From: the human T2T-CHM13v2.0 reference genome, Homo sapiens
DNA: 64,000 bases
Direction: 5' to 3' (one strand)
Assembly (NCBI RefSeq): GCF_009914755.1
Contig: NC_060930.1
The notes beneath the pieces were generated by a model. It saw nothing but the letters and a program-made list of their open reading frames with translations, was not told where the DNA came from and did no database searches. Below are positions 39,847 to 57,677 of the stretch, piece by piece; the first letter of the stretch is position 1; every line of letters begins with the position of its first letter. Made by a program: the position numbers and the translations under genes.

Positions 39847-40004
39847 GGCCAGGCCAGGTGGATCTCACGCCTGTAATCTCAGCCCTTTGGGAGGCGGAAG
39901 TGGGCAGATCACTTGAGGCCAGAGTTCAAGACGAGCCTGGTCAACATGGTGAAATCCCATCTCTAGTAAAAAAACAAACAACAACAAAAACAAACAAACA
40001 AAAA
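39847..40004 (+). mobile_element. FLAM / Alu left monomer
   Basis: Single Alu left arm ending in an (A/C)-rich tail. Confidence 0.8.
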
Positions 40005-41043
40005 TCTTGCTTTTCTTCCCCCGTGCTAACCTCTGGCTCTGCACTGCTGTCACTCCACTCTCCCGGCCCAAGGTCATTATTCGACTCTTCTATAAACTCC
40101 TAAATGACCAGATCTTTACAGAACACCCACTGTGTCCCTGTCAGGGCTTCCGCCCCCTGAGGAGGTGTCCCCTAGCTGGGTCTTTCAGGGGAAGTGACAG
40201 AGGCTCAGAGAGGCAGCGAATTTGCCCAGGGCCACAAAGCAAGCGAGTGGCAGGACTGGGCATCTAGCCCATGACCGTGGGCCACGTCTGGCTGTCTCTC
40301 TTCTAGACCAAGGGAGAACAGACCCAAACACACGAAAAGCTAAACAATAGAAAGGACAATTCTAACAGGCCGAGGCCTGGCCTAGTGCTCCCCAAGAGTC
40401 CTGTGAGGCTGGGCGCCCAGCAGCAGATGGGACTCAGGGACTGGGGTGCCAGCGGGCATTGGAACAGTTTGCTTTTTAGAGAAGGAGCCTCTATCTTGCT
40501 TTTTGGGCCCCTTGGTCTTGCGGACAAAGTCCTGTTGCTCTGAGTTGGAGAATGCACAGGTGTTCCCTCTCCCGGCTACCTCCCGCCTGCTGTGCTTCCC
40601 TTCCAGGACCACTGCTGGGTCTGCCTCCAGTGCCCTGCCCCACCTGTTTCCCTCAATGTGGCCTCTCATGTCCTCAGAGGCTCAAACACCCGGCGTCTCT
40701 GCCTTCTTGGGGGGCCTCCGTGATCCCACTCTCCCTGTGCGCATCCTCCTCCCCTACCTTGCCGTCATTCGTCACAGCAGCCTCCTGTCTCTTCTCGCAC
40801 TCCTCACCTCCAGCCACGCACGCGCGTTTCCCTTGGAAACTTCCTTCACACACCCAAACCTCCATGTCCCAGCTCCAACTGCATTGCAGACGTGATGTGC
40901 CTCACACAGGTGAGTGTGGAAATGCCCCCTAACCGTCTCTTCTGTGCTGATTCGATCTCACTTAGACCGTTAGGTAATTTGATTACAGAGATTTTGTGTG
41001 TGTGTGTGTGTGTGTGTTTTTATTATTATTATTATTTTGGTAG

Positions 41044-41456
<413 letters not shown>

Positions 41457-41457
41457 T

Positions 41458-41597
41458 ATTTTTTTTTTTTTTTTTTTTTGGTAGAGACAGTGGTGTCACT
41501 TTGTTACCCAGGCTGGTCTTAACTCCTGCCTCAAGGAATCCTCTGGCCTCACCTCCCAAAGTACTGGGATTATAGGTGTGAGCCAGCATGCCAGGCC
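41458..41597 (-). mobile_element. FLAM / AluJ left monomer (partial second copy at ~41027-41105)
   Basis: T-tail followed by GGTAGAGACAG...CCCAAAGTACTGGGATTATAGGTGTGAGCC. Confidence 0.8.
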
Positions 41598-42114
41598 TTG
41601 TGTTTTATATGTTTTAACAATTCCTCCATGGTGCTCAGTGCCTAGTAACTACAACTAACTAGTAGGCAATTATGTCAGGCTGCCCTGAGCCAGTTTCTAC
41701 CAAATTCTGTCCTCACATACACACACATTGATTAGCCAGTCTTCCTGTAGATTGATGAGGTCCCTGCGTTCTGCCCTTCCAGACATGTGAGCTGGCACCA
41801 TGAAGGGAAGGACGCTCTGAGGCCTGGCAGCACATGGACTAACTCTCCAGCAGCATCCGGAATCCCTGTGAGGCTGGGGGTCTCGGGACGCCCGGGCCAG
41901 CCAGAGGCTAGGCTGGGAGTGCTCTTGCCAGGTGTGAGGCCCCGGGCTCGCCTCGTGCTCTGTCCTTTCTGCTGCCCATAGGACTTTTGTGGTTAACACG
42001 CACTTGACCACCATTCAATTGACCAGGGAAACTAGTTTTTAACAATCTTTATTGCTAAATAACAAGCTCTCAGGCGCAGATGTAGATGGTGCCGTTTGAA
42101 AGGCTTGCTGTAGA

Positions 42115-42308
42115 ACAGGACCATGCAAGGTTTTTCTGTGAAGAATCAGCTAGTGAGGAGTTTCGCTTTGCAGGACATGTGGTCTGTGTTGCAACCAGCC
42201 AACTTTACCACTGCGGAGGAAAAGCAGTCTTAGACAATATGTAAATAATTGGCCTGTTTGCATTCCAACAAAATGCTGTTTACAAAAGTGGGCCTGCCAG
42301 CCCTGCTC
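42115..42308. mobile_element. MER58A-like MITE
   Basis: TTTTTCTGTGAAG...GCTTTGCAGGACATGTGGTCTGTGTTGCAAC...AAAAGCAGTCTTAGACAATATGTAAA. Confidence 0.7.
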
Positions 42309-42574
42309 TAGAGGGTAGATTCTTGATTGAGATCCTTCCAAAGTGAACCAATGCAAACTGCTGATTAGGGCACTTCAAATGTTGACTATCAGCCCTAGAG
42401 TGTAGCTTTCAGGTATCTATACCTACATATCACAATGGGAATACTGCAGAATACTGAATAAACAACAGACAATACTATGGTGACAGAATATTAATAGATG
42501 CCATTTATTGAGTATTTACTATATGCTAGCTGAAGCACTGTAGGGGACTTGCTGTTTTAAACTGCTCAGCAAGC

Positions 42575-42730
42575 TAGGCGCGGTGGTTCATGCCTGCAAT
42601 CCCAGTACTTTGGGAGGCTGAGGCAGGAAGGATCCTTTGAGCCAGGAGTTCAAGGTTGCAGTGACGGAGCCACTGCACTTCAACCTGGCTGGCAGCGTGG
42701 GACTTTGTTTCCTAAAAATAAAAAAATTGA
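42575..42730 (+). mobile_element. FRAM/FAM-like Alu monomer
   Basis: One monomer running from GGCGCGGTGG to CCACTGCACTTCAACCTGG, then an A tail. Confidence 0.75.
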
Positions 42731-43158
42731 AATAGTAATTAAAAAATAAACTGCACACCAATTGCACAATAATAGTAGTACCTGAAATAGGTGCTATTAT
42801 TATTATTCCTACTTTACAGATGACAAAACTGAGGCTTAGGTGAGGACAACTGGCTTGCCCAGCATTGAAGAGTCAGGAGGGGTCACACTGGACAGATGGG
42901 CTCCAAGTCCACACTCAGGCTGCCCCCATTGGCAAATGAAAACCAGAGTCTTCATCTGTCCCGCCCCACACCTGCTGTGGGACTCTGGGCATATCATGCT
43001 GAATCTCAGTCTCCTCATCTCCAAAATGGGGGTGATGATTGCTCCTTTTGGGAGCTTTCGAGTGTATTATACAATACATGTGAAAATGTCCACCACAAAG
43101 CCAGGCAGTTGGTGTCAAGTACAAGCGAACTGAAATGTAACAGGTTTGCTGAAATATA

Positions 43159-43479
43159 CAGTCAGCCCCCCTTATCCGTGGTTTCAATTACCCATGGTCA
43201 GCCACAGCCTGAAAATAGGTGAGTACAGTACAATAAGCTGTTGTTGGGGGGAGTGGGGAGAGACCATATGCATGTAACTTTTATTGCAGTATGTTGTTAT
43301 AACTGTTCTATTTTATTGAGTAGTTGTTAATCTCTTGCTATGCCTAATTTATAAATTAAATTGTATCATAGGTATGTATCACAAAAAACATAGTATATAT
43401 AGGGTCCTGTACTATCCTCAGTTTCAGGCGTCCACTAGGGGTTTTGGAACATGTCCCGATGGATGAGAGGGACCTACTG
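43159..43479. mobile_element. MER44 / Tigger7-type MITE (TcMar)
   Basis: TA target duplication at both ends; TIRs CAGTCAGCCCCCCTTATCC and GGATGAGAGGGACCTACTG. Confidence 0.75.
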
Positions 43480-43499
43480 TAATCACCTACCAGAGAAAG

Positions 43500-45430
43500 T
43501 ATCTAACTCAGTGATTGTTAGTATTTTCAGAATTCTGCAACCATAACCACAATCAATTTTAGAACACCATCATCACCCCAAAAGTGTTCCCTTTAACAGT
43601 GACTCCCCAGATCACCCCAACATCTCAACCCCAGCCCCAGGCAACACTTTCTGTCTCTGTGGATTTGTCTATTCTGGACCATTCTATGTGGGATGAAATC
43701 ATACAATGTGTGGGCTTTGGGGTCTGACTTAGTTCATTTAGCATAATGTTTTCAAGGTTTGTTCATGCTGTAGCGTGCATCAGTACTTCACTTTTGTTTA
43801 TTGCCATATAATATTCCATTGTATGGATATACCATATTTTATTTATCCATTCATCAGTTGTTGAACATTTGGGTTGTTTATACCTTTTGGCTATTGTAAG
43901 CAATGCTGCTATAAATGTTCATGTACAAGTTTTTGTATGGACACCTATTTTCACAGCTCTTGGGTATATGGCTAAGATTGGAATTGCTGGGTCATATGGT
44001 TACTCTATGTTTAATCTTCTGAGGAATGGTCAGTTTTTCGAAAAATGGCTACACCATTTTACATTCCTACTAGAAATATATGAGAGCACTGATTTCCTCA
44101 CATCTTTTCCAACACTTCTTATTATCTTTTTGCTTATAGCCACCTAGTTAGTGTAAAGCAACATCTTATTGTGCTTTTGATTTGCATTTCCCCAATGGCT
44201 AATAACATTGAGCATCTTATTGGCTATTTGTATATCTTCTTTGAAGAAATGTCTATTTAGATGCTTTGCCCATTTTTAATTATTTATCTTCCTACTGTTA
44301 AGTTGTTCTTTATATATTCTGGCTACAAGATTCTTTTTATATACACAGCTTGAAAATATTTTCTCCTATGCTGTGGGTTGCCTCTTTACTTTGTTGGAGA
44401 TATCATTTGCAGCACAAAAGTTTTTTATTTTGATGAAGTCCAATTCATCTATTATCTTTTCTCAGTTATGCTTTTTGAGTCACAGCTAAGGAGGCTTTGC
44501 CTCACCAAGAGCACAAGATTTACACCTGTTTTCTTCTAAGAGTTTTATAGTTTTAGCTCTTACATTTAGGTCTTTGATTCATTTCCTAAATATGGTGTGA
44601 GGTAGGGGTCCAACCCTATTCTTTTGCACCATTTGATGAAAAGGCTATTCTCTTATGGCATTGGCCATAATGTAAAATCTGATTTCTGGACTCTCAATTT
44701 AGTCCCATTGGACTACATATTTGTCCTTATGCCAGTACCACACTGTCTTGATTACTGTAACTTTGTAGTAAGTTTTGAAATTGGGAAGTCTGAATCCTCC
44801 AACTTTGTTCTTCTTTTTCAATAATGTTTAGCTATCCTGAGTCAGTCCTTGAATTTCTATATAAATTTCAGGATTAGCATGTTAATTTACATAACAAAGC
44901 AAGCTAGGATATTGATAGGGATTACATTTAATCTGTACATCAATTTAGGGACTATTGCCATCTTAACAGTAAGAAGTTTTCTGATTCATGAATATGAGAT
45001 ACCTTTCTATAGATTTAGGTCTTTCATTTTTTTCAACAATGTATTATAGTTTTAAGAGTAAAAAGCTTTGCACTTCTTAAATTTATTCCTAGGTATTTGA
45101 TTCTTCTTGATACCCATGTAACTGAAATTGTTTTATCAGTCTCATTTTCAGATTATTTATATATTATTTATTATTTAATAATAGCAATAAATATATAAAT
45201 ATGTATATATTTATATTCTATATTATATATCATATTTATAATTTATATTATACATTAATGTAATATACCATATCTTAATCTAATGTATTATATATTATTA
45301 TAATTTATTGATGTATTATTATATATTTATAGTAAATATATAAGTATATAAATATTATTTATATATTTATTGCTATTAGAAATATAATTGATTTTTTATA
45401 TTGATATATTGCCCTACAATGTTGCCTAAA
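43500..45430 (-). mobile_element. Old L1M (L1MB-like) fragment
   Basis: Antisense degenerate L1 3' UTR and ORF2 (TTTTGATTTGCATTTCCCAATG; GAAGAAATGTCTATT). Confidence 0.85.
45150..45400. repeat. AT-rich low-complexity (TA)-derived tract
   Basis: Nearly pure A/T sequence embedded in an L1M fragment. Confidence 0.85.
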
Positions 45431-45659
45431 TTTCCATTTTTACAAAAAAATGCTGAAGGGAAGTAAACTATACTATCAGGAGGCTAAGAAATAATTTCAT
45501 TTTTATAATAAAAAAAGGAGTTCTGGTTCTCAGTGGGGATTGCTCAGCAGAAATCTTTCCCTGTCCTGTTGGAGCCCTGCTGCAGCAGGAGAAATAGAAA
45601 GTTCAGTCACTTATTTGTTTATGTACTAAAAAGTATTTATTGAGTGCCCACTAGGAGCC

Positions 45660-45890
45660 AGTCAGCTTGGGTTTAAATACTTGCTCTGCCGCTCAGTAGC
45701 TGTGTCACCCAGTAGCTGTGTCACCCAGTAGCTGTGTTACCCAGGGCAAGTTACTGAACCTGCTGGTGACTCTGTTTTCTCACCTAGAAAATGGGGGTAA
45801 TTGTATCTACCTCCTAAGTTTTTTGTGAGGGTAAATTAACCCTTTAAACAGTGCCCAGCTGGTGATAAGCACTTTTTAGGTATTAGCTAT
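45660..45890 (+). mobile_element. MIR with an internal 16-bp triplication (45694-45741)
   Basis: (CAGTAGCTGTGT(C/T)ACC)x3 then CAGGGCAAGTTACTGAACC...TTTTCTCACCTAGAAAATGGGG. Confidence 0.7.
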
Positions 45891-46404
45891 TGTTTGTATT
45901 ATGGACAGGCCCTGGATACAACATGAACGAAGACCAAATCCCTGCACTCAGGGAGCTTGATTTTAATGGCAGGGCAGGGGTAGTTAGGAGGGGAAACAGT
46001 CAAAGAGATAAAGCAGCAACGATGCCAAGTGCTGATAAAAGAGGGAAAGAAAAATAGAGCAAAGGAAGCGGGGAGGGAGTGCAGAGGGGGAGGGTGGCGC
46101 CAGACATTTCAGGTGGGCGCAGGTTAGACTTCTCAGACTGGTGACATCCGGGCAGGAAGCCGGCCAGGAGCAGGACATGCCAGAGGAAGGAGCTGTCCCT
46201 GTGAGGGACTGGAGCAGGGCAAATGAGGTGCGCTCCAGGAGCTGAAGTCGGTGGGGGCTGAGCGAGGGCCAAAGTGAAGGCAGAGGCACAGAGGGGCTGT
46301 GGGGTTCATGCAGGGCCTTGAGGTTAGGGAAAGAACTTTTTTTTCAGATGTAAATTCACTAGACAATTTATTCAAACTTTGGATTTGGCAGTAGGTTTCA
46401 TAAA

Positions 46405-46760
46405 GTTTTTTCCTCCTGTATTTTGATAATAATTATACATATTTATGGGGTACAGTGTGATACTGCGATGCACGTTTACAATGCATAATGACCAAATCCG
46501 GGTAATTAGCAAATTCATCTCCAGACATGTATCATTTCTCGGTGTTCTGAACATTCAAAATCCTCACTTCTAGCTTTTTGAAATATACAATAAATTAGTG
46601 CTGACCACATTCACCCTACAGTCCTGCCCCAAGGCAGAACTCTCTCCTCCTATCCAGCTGTAATTTGGGATCCATTACCCAGCCTTACCCCACCCTCCCT
46701 ACCTCTCCCCACCCTCCCTACCTCTCCCCCTCCCAGCTCTAATACTCAGGGAAATAACTA
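46405..46760 (-). mobile_element. L1MA-type 3' fragment
   Basis: ATATTTATGGGGTACAGTGTGAT...CTAGCTTTTTGAAATATACAAT. Confidence 0.75.
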
Positions 46761-46794
46761 CCTTTTATATGCACCGGACTTTCCCACCAGAGAG

Positions 46795-47200
46795 GTGGGC
46801 CGGTTATCTCGCCACATAACAAACCACACCAAAACTAGGTGGCTTACAACCAGGACGATCCATTCTGTCTCCTGGCTCTGGGGGCTGTTCGAGCTCGCTT
46901 GGGAGGCTGCACCCAGCTGGCACCCGCTGGACAGGTCTGCAGGGCCTGCCTCACAGGCCTGGTGGTGTGTGCTGGCCCTCCTTCTTCACATGGGCAGTCG
47001 TGACTCAGCTTGCCTCCTCCAGGGCTTCCTTACAGGCCACAAGTGCATTCCGAGAAGGTCATGGTGGATGCACAAGGTTCCTGGAGGCCCAGACTCTGAC
47101 CTTGCACATTGCTGGGTGCTGCAATGCATCAGTCAAAGCAAGTTATAGGCCAGCCAGGATTTGGGAGGCAGGAGAAGAGCAGCTGCAGAACACTGCAGGC
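46795..47200. mobile_element. Old MLT1-type LTR fragment
   Basis: CATAACAAACCACACCAAAACTAGGTGGCTTACAAC...GTCAAAGCAAGTTATAGGCCAGCC. Confidence 0.55.
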
Positions 47201-47802
47201 CCTGTCCACCTGCAGCGGGAGGTGGGGTGGTACTGGCTGCAAGCTGAGGAGCGACCTTTCTAGAGGTCTTCAAGAACAGGCCACACCCTCCCGAGGGTGA
47301 TGTAACTGAGGCCGTGGGACCTGAAGTCTAGCCATGTCTCTGTCTAGAGGTCGATGATTACCACGTGCCTTTTTATTGCAAATTTTGCCCAGGACTCTTT
47401 TCTTCAGCTTTTAGCAGTTCCAAGATGCACCCCCTGGCTGGGGCTCCTTGAAGAACCACTGTTTTTCTAAACTCACTCTTTTCTTTTGAGGTTTTGACAT
47501 CTAGTATTTGACTATTTTCCCCTGAGCACAGTGTCCTGAGTTGAGCCTCGGAAGTGACTCTGAACGTTTAGGTTGGAAGTCTGGAGGAATCCTCGCTGCT
47601 AAGGCTGACATCAGGGCGGTGTGATTTCTGCAACGCCCGGAGACGTCAAGGCAGAGTCTGCAGGGAGGAAAACCGACCTGGTGTCTTCACTGCCATCTAG
47701 TGACGGTGCCGTTAGGTGGCAGGATTCCATTTAGCTGGGTACTGTCCAAATGACCAGCTCATGGAAATCGGGCTAGAATTTTAACTTAGTTTTCATTTAC
47801 AG

Positions 47803-48052
47803 GCAGTAAAGAATAGTGGTTGGGAGGGAATCGGCTCTAGAGTCTGACTGCTGGGTTTGGGTCTCAGCTCTGACACTTACCTGTGTGGTCTTGGGTGATT
47901 ACGTAGCCTCCTGGTGCCTTGGTGTCCTCATCCATGAAGTGGGTTGTTGACAGTGCCTGCTTCACAGGGTGGTTGTGTGGAGTAATGACTCGATACAGAT
48001 TAAAGCATTTAGAGATTGTGAGCGCACAGTGCTGTATGAGCGTTAGCTATTA
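47803..48052 (+). mobile_element. MIR element
   Basis: GGCTCTAGAGTCTGACTGCTGGGTTTG...TGTGGTCTTGGG...GTTAGCTATTAT. Confidence 0.7.
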
Positions 48053-48053
48053 T

Positions 48054-49010
48054 CAGGTTAGCATCCCTCATCCAAAAATCCAAAATGCTCCAAAATCTGA
48101 AATTTTTAAGCACTGACATGATGCCCCAGGTGGAAAATTCCACACCTGACCTCATTGATGGGTAGCAGCCAAAACACAGCCACACAAGACGTAGTTTATT
48201 CAGCATCCCCAAGGGAACAAAGACCCTCCCAGCCCCCTTCAGCTGCAACATATCTTCCACACACCAGATACGTATGTCATATTTTTTGACTATAAAGTGT
48301 GAATAAATGTAAGAAAATGATTGCTTATTGGTATCACATAAATCCAGAGTCAGGAAGGATGGTGATGCCAAACAACCACAGGCTGTTCTCACGGGTGGCT
48401 GAGATAGGATCACCTTTCTTTCTTTCTTTCTCTTTCTTTCTTTCTTTTTCTTCCTTCATTCCTCCTTCCTTCCTTCCTTCTTCTTTCTTTCTTTCTTTTT
48501 TATTTTCTGATGGCCTCTGGCTCTGTCACCCAGACTGGAGTGCACTATTGCAATCTCGGCTCACTGCAACCTCCGCCTCCTGGGTTAAAGCGATTCTCCT
48601 GCCTCAGCCTCCCAAGTAGCTAGGATTACAGCCACACGCCACCACGCCCAGCTAATTTTTTTGTTTTTAGTAGAGACGGGTTTTTGCCATGTTGATCAGG
48701 CTGATCTCGAACTCCTGGCCTAAAGTGATCCGCCCGCCTCGGCCTCCCAAAGTGCTGGGATTACACGCTTGAGCCATCATGCCCTGCCCGGAACACCTTT
48801 GCTTTCTGATGGGCCAATGTGCACCAACTTTGTTTCATGCACAGATTTATTTAAATATTGTGTAAAATTACCTTCAGGGTATGCATATGAGATGTATATG
48901 AAACATAAGTGAATTTCATGTCTAGACTTGGGTCCCATCCCCAAGATATCTCATTATGTATATGGAAATATTCCCAAATCCAAAAATTTAAATACTTTTG
49001 GTTCCAAGTA
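48054..49010. mobile_element. Tigger4 (Zombi)-type DNA transposon remnant, interrupted by an Alu
   Basis: Starts TATCAGGTTAGCATCCCTCATCCAAAAATCCAAAATGCTCCAAAATCTGAAA; continues after the Alu to ...GGGTCCCATCCCCAAGATATCTCATTATG. Confidence 0.75.
48415..48790 (-). mobile_element. AluS-type element with (CTTT/CTTC)n tail
   Basis: Antisense dimer; CACCTTT flanks both sides. Confidence 0.9.
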
Positions 49011-50619
49011 GAGCCCTTTGACATACACCTTGAGTGAAGCAGAGGAAAGAGAAAAGGTGCTTTTGACGAGGGTGGACCTGAGTGGAAAGGATGTCAGTTT
49101 CTGGGTATCTTGCGTTCCTTATGGCATAGCTGTGTGTAAGTTAGCGCACTTGTGAATTGTAAGGAACCCGCAAGGGTATGGAGTTGTTAGAGAGATCTCA
49201 TGGCCGCAGGCACGGTGCTCCCAGGGAGGACAGCTGACGAGTAATTCCTAGTCCTTGCAAATCGACAGGATTGGCCCCTGTGAACCCGTCAGATTCCCCA
49301 CATCCTGGTTACCTGCTTTGATGCCTACTCTTTGTAAATAAATTTTTTAAACCACACAGTTTTAATTATATATTAGCAGCAGTAGTAGTTGTTGTTTTTA
49401 AGACTACGTTTTTCTCCAAACGCTTGTAGATACAAGATCAGCTTTGCTTTTTTTGGCCGGAACACTAGTTCTACTACAATTGAAGCAAAATAGTCTTTTA
49501 TTATAGAAATCAGATCACTCCCCTGTGTTTCCAGTAGCTAACTCCACTTTGTAGAGAATGCTATCCGAAGTATCCATCCCTCTTTCAATTGTTTAATTTT
49601 TCTCTCTTTTAAATGCTTACAAAATAAGTCACATTTACCAACGGCTGCACACCGTCTACCACATCTGTTAGAGATCATGAGGAAGTGGCAAGAGTCCTTT
49701 CTTCCACCCCTCTCGGTGTGAGAGACTGGCCGTCGCTCCTCACGAGCAGCCTATCCAAAAACGGATTCACTACTCAAGGAACAGGAAGGGGACAGGCTTC
49801 AGGCAGCCCAGGCCCTACCTACTGGTTACCACCCCTTCCCAGGAGCTGAGCCTGGACCATCCATGGGAAGAGCTGTGCCCACGGCCACCAGAGTTGAGAC
49901 CAGGGCTTCCCAGCCACAATTCCTCCTTTCAGAACCCAAGAGACAGCTCCTCACAACTCTGCAACTCTAGGATCCTTCCAGAAACCACCAAGGGTACGGA
50001 GACCCGAGAAGCCGTACGTGTCTCTCCCTGCTAAGTAATACACTTCCGAAGTTAAGGAATTCATCAACATGTTTTTAAACCCAGCTCCACCTGGTGACCA
50101 TGGACAACCACAATACGTTTCTGGAAGCCTCTCTACCACTCACGCCCACTCCCAGGATAACAATCTCAGCTGCCCCCCAAACAGAACAGCAAGCACGTTC
50201 TATCGCCAAACACTTTGCACACGTGATTTCATGTAATCCTCATCTCACCCATTTTGGCTGAAAGCTCAGAGAGTTTAGGCAAATCTAAAACTGCGCAGCT
50301 GGTGAGTGGGTGAGTGGGTGAGTGGGAGCGCTGGAATTCCAACCTCTCCAAGCATTTAGGAGAAGTCCCTGAAGAAGACCTTGGGAGAGAAGGAGCTCAG
50401 ACATCCCAAGTAAGCGGGGAGCCTGTAAGGTGAAATAGTCCCTTATCCTTCTGTGTCACTCACCGAGTGGAAGAAGGGCTTGTAGAGAAACTGAGGGCCA
50501 GGACGAATCATCCCACTCTCAGTGCTCCTACTCACCAATACACAGTCACACACAATTCACTGAAACATCTTTTACATACGTTGCACAGATAACAGAAGAC
50601 AATTAAAATTACAGATTTT

Positions 50620-50916
<297 letters not shown>

Positions 50917-50933
50917 AAAATTACAGATTTTAA

Positions 50934-51321
<388 letters not shown>

Positions 51322-52020
51322 TTATGCCAACGTATGTCTTATTTTAAATAATGTGTCACTCCTCTGCTCCATGCTCCCTGGGTGCTCATCTATGAAGACT
51401 CTGATGCCAACAGACATAGTCTCAGAGGGAGTGGCTGTGCCTCAGGCAGGTGCAGAGGGAGGCAAGCCACACCACACACCACAGGGGCCGAGAGCACTCA
51501 AGCCCGGGTGAGGCAGTGAGCCCCAGTCACCCAGGAGAGGGGGCAAATTTAACATGAGCTGCTGGCTGACTCTGCAGTTCACCACAGCACAAAGAATTAT
51601 TTCAATGAGAAATGCTTATCCCCCTGTAGAATTCTTTTCTTTCTAGAGACTGGGTCTCACTCTGTCTCCGAGGCTGGAGTGCCGTGGTACAATCAGGGCT
51701 CACTGCAGCCTCGACCACCTAGGATCAAGCAATCCTCCTGCCTCAGCCTCTGGAGTAGCTGGGACTAGAGATGAATGCCACCATGGCTGGCAATTTTTTT
51801 TCTTTTTTTTTTATTATTATACTTTAAGTTTTAGGGTACATGTGCACAATGTGCAGGTTAGTTACATATGTATACATGTGCCATGCTGGTGCGCTGCACC
51901 CACTAACTCGTCATCTAGCATTAGGTATATCTCCCAATGCTATCCCTCCCCCCTCCCCCCACCCCACAACAGTCCCCAGAGTGTGATGTTCCCCTTCCTG
52001 TGTCCATATGTTCTCATTGT

Positions 52021-55858
<3,838 letters not shown>

Positions 55859-55906
55859 TTATTTTGCTCGTTAGCTGATGCAGTTTCTTCCTAGTCTCGA
55901 TGGTCT

Positions 55907-56911
55907 TTACATTTTGGCATGATTTTGCAGCGGCTGGTACCGGTTGTTCCTTTCCATGTTTAGTGCTTCCTTCAGGAGCTCTTTTAGGGCAGGCCTGGTG
56001 GTGACAAAATCTCTCAGCATTTGCTTGTCTGTAAAGTATTTTATTTCTCCTTCACTTACGAAGCTTAGTTTGGCTGGATATGAAATTCTGGGTTGAAAAT
56101 TCTTTTCTTTAAGAATGTTGAATATTGGCCCCCACTCTCTTCTGGCTTGTAGAGTTTCTGCCAAGAGATCCGCTGTTAGTCTGATGGGCTTCCCTTTGTG
56201 GGTAACCCGACCTTTCTCTCTGGCTGCCCTTAACATTTTTTCCTTCATTTCAACTTTGGTGAATCTGACAATTATGTGTCTTGGAGTTGCTCTTTTTGAG
56301 GAGTATCTTTGTGGCATTCTCTGTATTTCCTGAATTTGAATGTTGGCTTGCCTTGCTAGGTTGGGGAAGTTCTCCTGGATTATATCCTGCAGAGTGTTTT
56401 CCAACTTGGTTCCATTCTCCCCGTCACTTTCAGGTACACCAATCAGACGTAGATTTGGTCTTTTCACATAGTCCCATATTTCTTGGAGGCTTTGTTCATT
56501 TCTTTTTATTCTTTTTTCTCTAAACTTCCCTTCTTGCTTCATTTCATTTTCCATCACTGATACCCTTTCTTCCAGTTGATCGCATCGGCTCCTGAGGCTT
56601 CTGCATTCTTCACGTAGTTCTCGAGCCTTGACTTTCAGCTCCATCAGCTCCTTTAAGCACTTCTCTGCATTGGTTATTCTAGTTATACATTCGTCTAAAT
56701 TTTTTTCAAAGTTTTTAACTTCTTTGCCTTTGGTTTGAATTTCCTCCTGTAGCTCGTAGTTTGATCGTCTGAAGCCTTCTTCTCTCAACTCGTCAAAGTC
56801 ATTCTCCGTCCAGCTTTGTTCCATTGCTGGTGAGGAACTGCGTTCCTTTGGAGGAGGAGAGATGCTCTGCTTTTTAGAGTTTCCAGCTTTTCTGCTCTGT
56901 TTTTTCCCCAT
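55907..56911 (-). CDS. L1 ORF1p, open, 334 aa
   Basis: MGKKQSRK...YPAKLSF...NHAKM; REKG, ARR and YPAKLS motifs present. Confidence 0.9.
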   Translation of the reverse strand: MGKKQSRKAGNSKKQSISPPPKERSSSPAMEQSWTENDFDELREEGFRRSNYELQEEIQTKGKEVKNFEKNLDECITRITNAEKCLKELMELKVKARELREECRSLRSRCDQLEERVSVMENEMKQEGKFREKRIKRNEQSLQEIWDYVKRPNLRLIGVPESDGENGTKLENTLQDIIQENFPNLARQANIQIQEIQRMPQRYSSKRATPRHIIVRFTKVEMKEKMLRAAREKGRVTHKGKPIRLTADLLAETLQARREWGPIFNILKEKNFQPRISYPAKLSFVSEGEIKYFTDKQMLRDFVTTRPALKELLKEALNMERNNRYQPLQNHAKM

Positions 56912-57494
56912 CTTTGTGGTTTTATCTACTTTTGGTCTTTGATGATGGTGATGTACAGATGGGTTTTTGGTGTGGATGTCCTTTCTGTTTGTTACTTTTC
57001 CTTCTAACAGACAGGACCCTCAGCTGCGGGTCTGTTGGAGTTTGCTAGAGGTCCACTACAGACCCTGTTTGCCTGGGTATCAGCAGCGGTGTTTGTAGAA
57101 CAGCAGTTTTTCGTGAACCACGAATGCTGCTGTCTGATCGTTCCTCTGGAAGTTTTGTCGCAGAGGAGTACCCGGCCATGTGAAGTGTCAGTCTGTCCCT
57201 ACTGGGGGGTGCCTCCCAGTTAGGCTGCTCGGGGGTCAGGGGTCAGGGACCCACTTGAGGAGGCAGTCTGCCAGTTCTCAGATCTCCAGCTGCGTGCTGG
57301 GAGAACCACTGCTCTCTTCAAAGCTGTCAGACAGGGACATTTAAGTCTGCATAGGTTACTGCTGTCTTTTTGTTTGTCTGTGACCTGCCCCCAGAGGTGG
57401 AGCCTACAGAGGCAGGCAGGCCTCCTTGAGCTGTGGTGGGCTCCACCCAGTTCGAGCTTCCCAGCTGCTTTGTTTACCTAAGCAAGCCTGGGCA

Positions 57495-57677
57495 ATGGCG
57501 GGTGCCCCTCCCCCAGCCTCGCTGCCGCCTTGCAGTTTGATCTCAGACTGCTGTGCTAGCAATCAGCAAGACTCCGTGGGCGCAGGACCCTCCGAGCCAT
57601 GTGCGGGATATAATCTCCTGGTGCGCCGTTTTTTAAGCCCGTCGGAAAAGCACAGTATTCGGGTGGGAGTGACCTGA
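57495..57677 (+). pseudogene. L1 antisense ORF0, truncated at 60 aa
   Basis: MAGAPPPASLPPCSLISDCCASNQQDSVG...IRVGVT*, starting at ATG in GCAATGG; premature TGA. Confidence 0.8.

Noticed and set aside
50301-50326. (GGTGAGTG)3, three tandem consensus splice donors
   Set aside because: Short slippage repeat inside a MIR remnant with no credible upstream exon.
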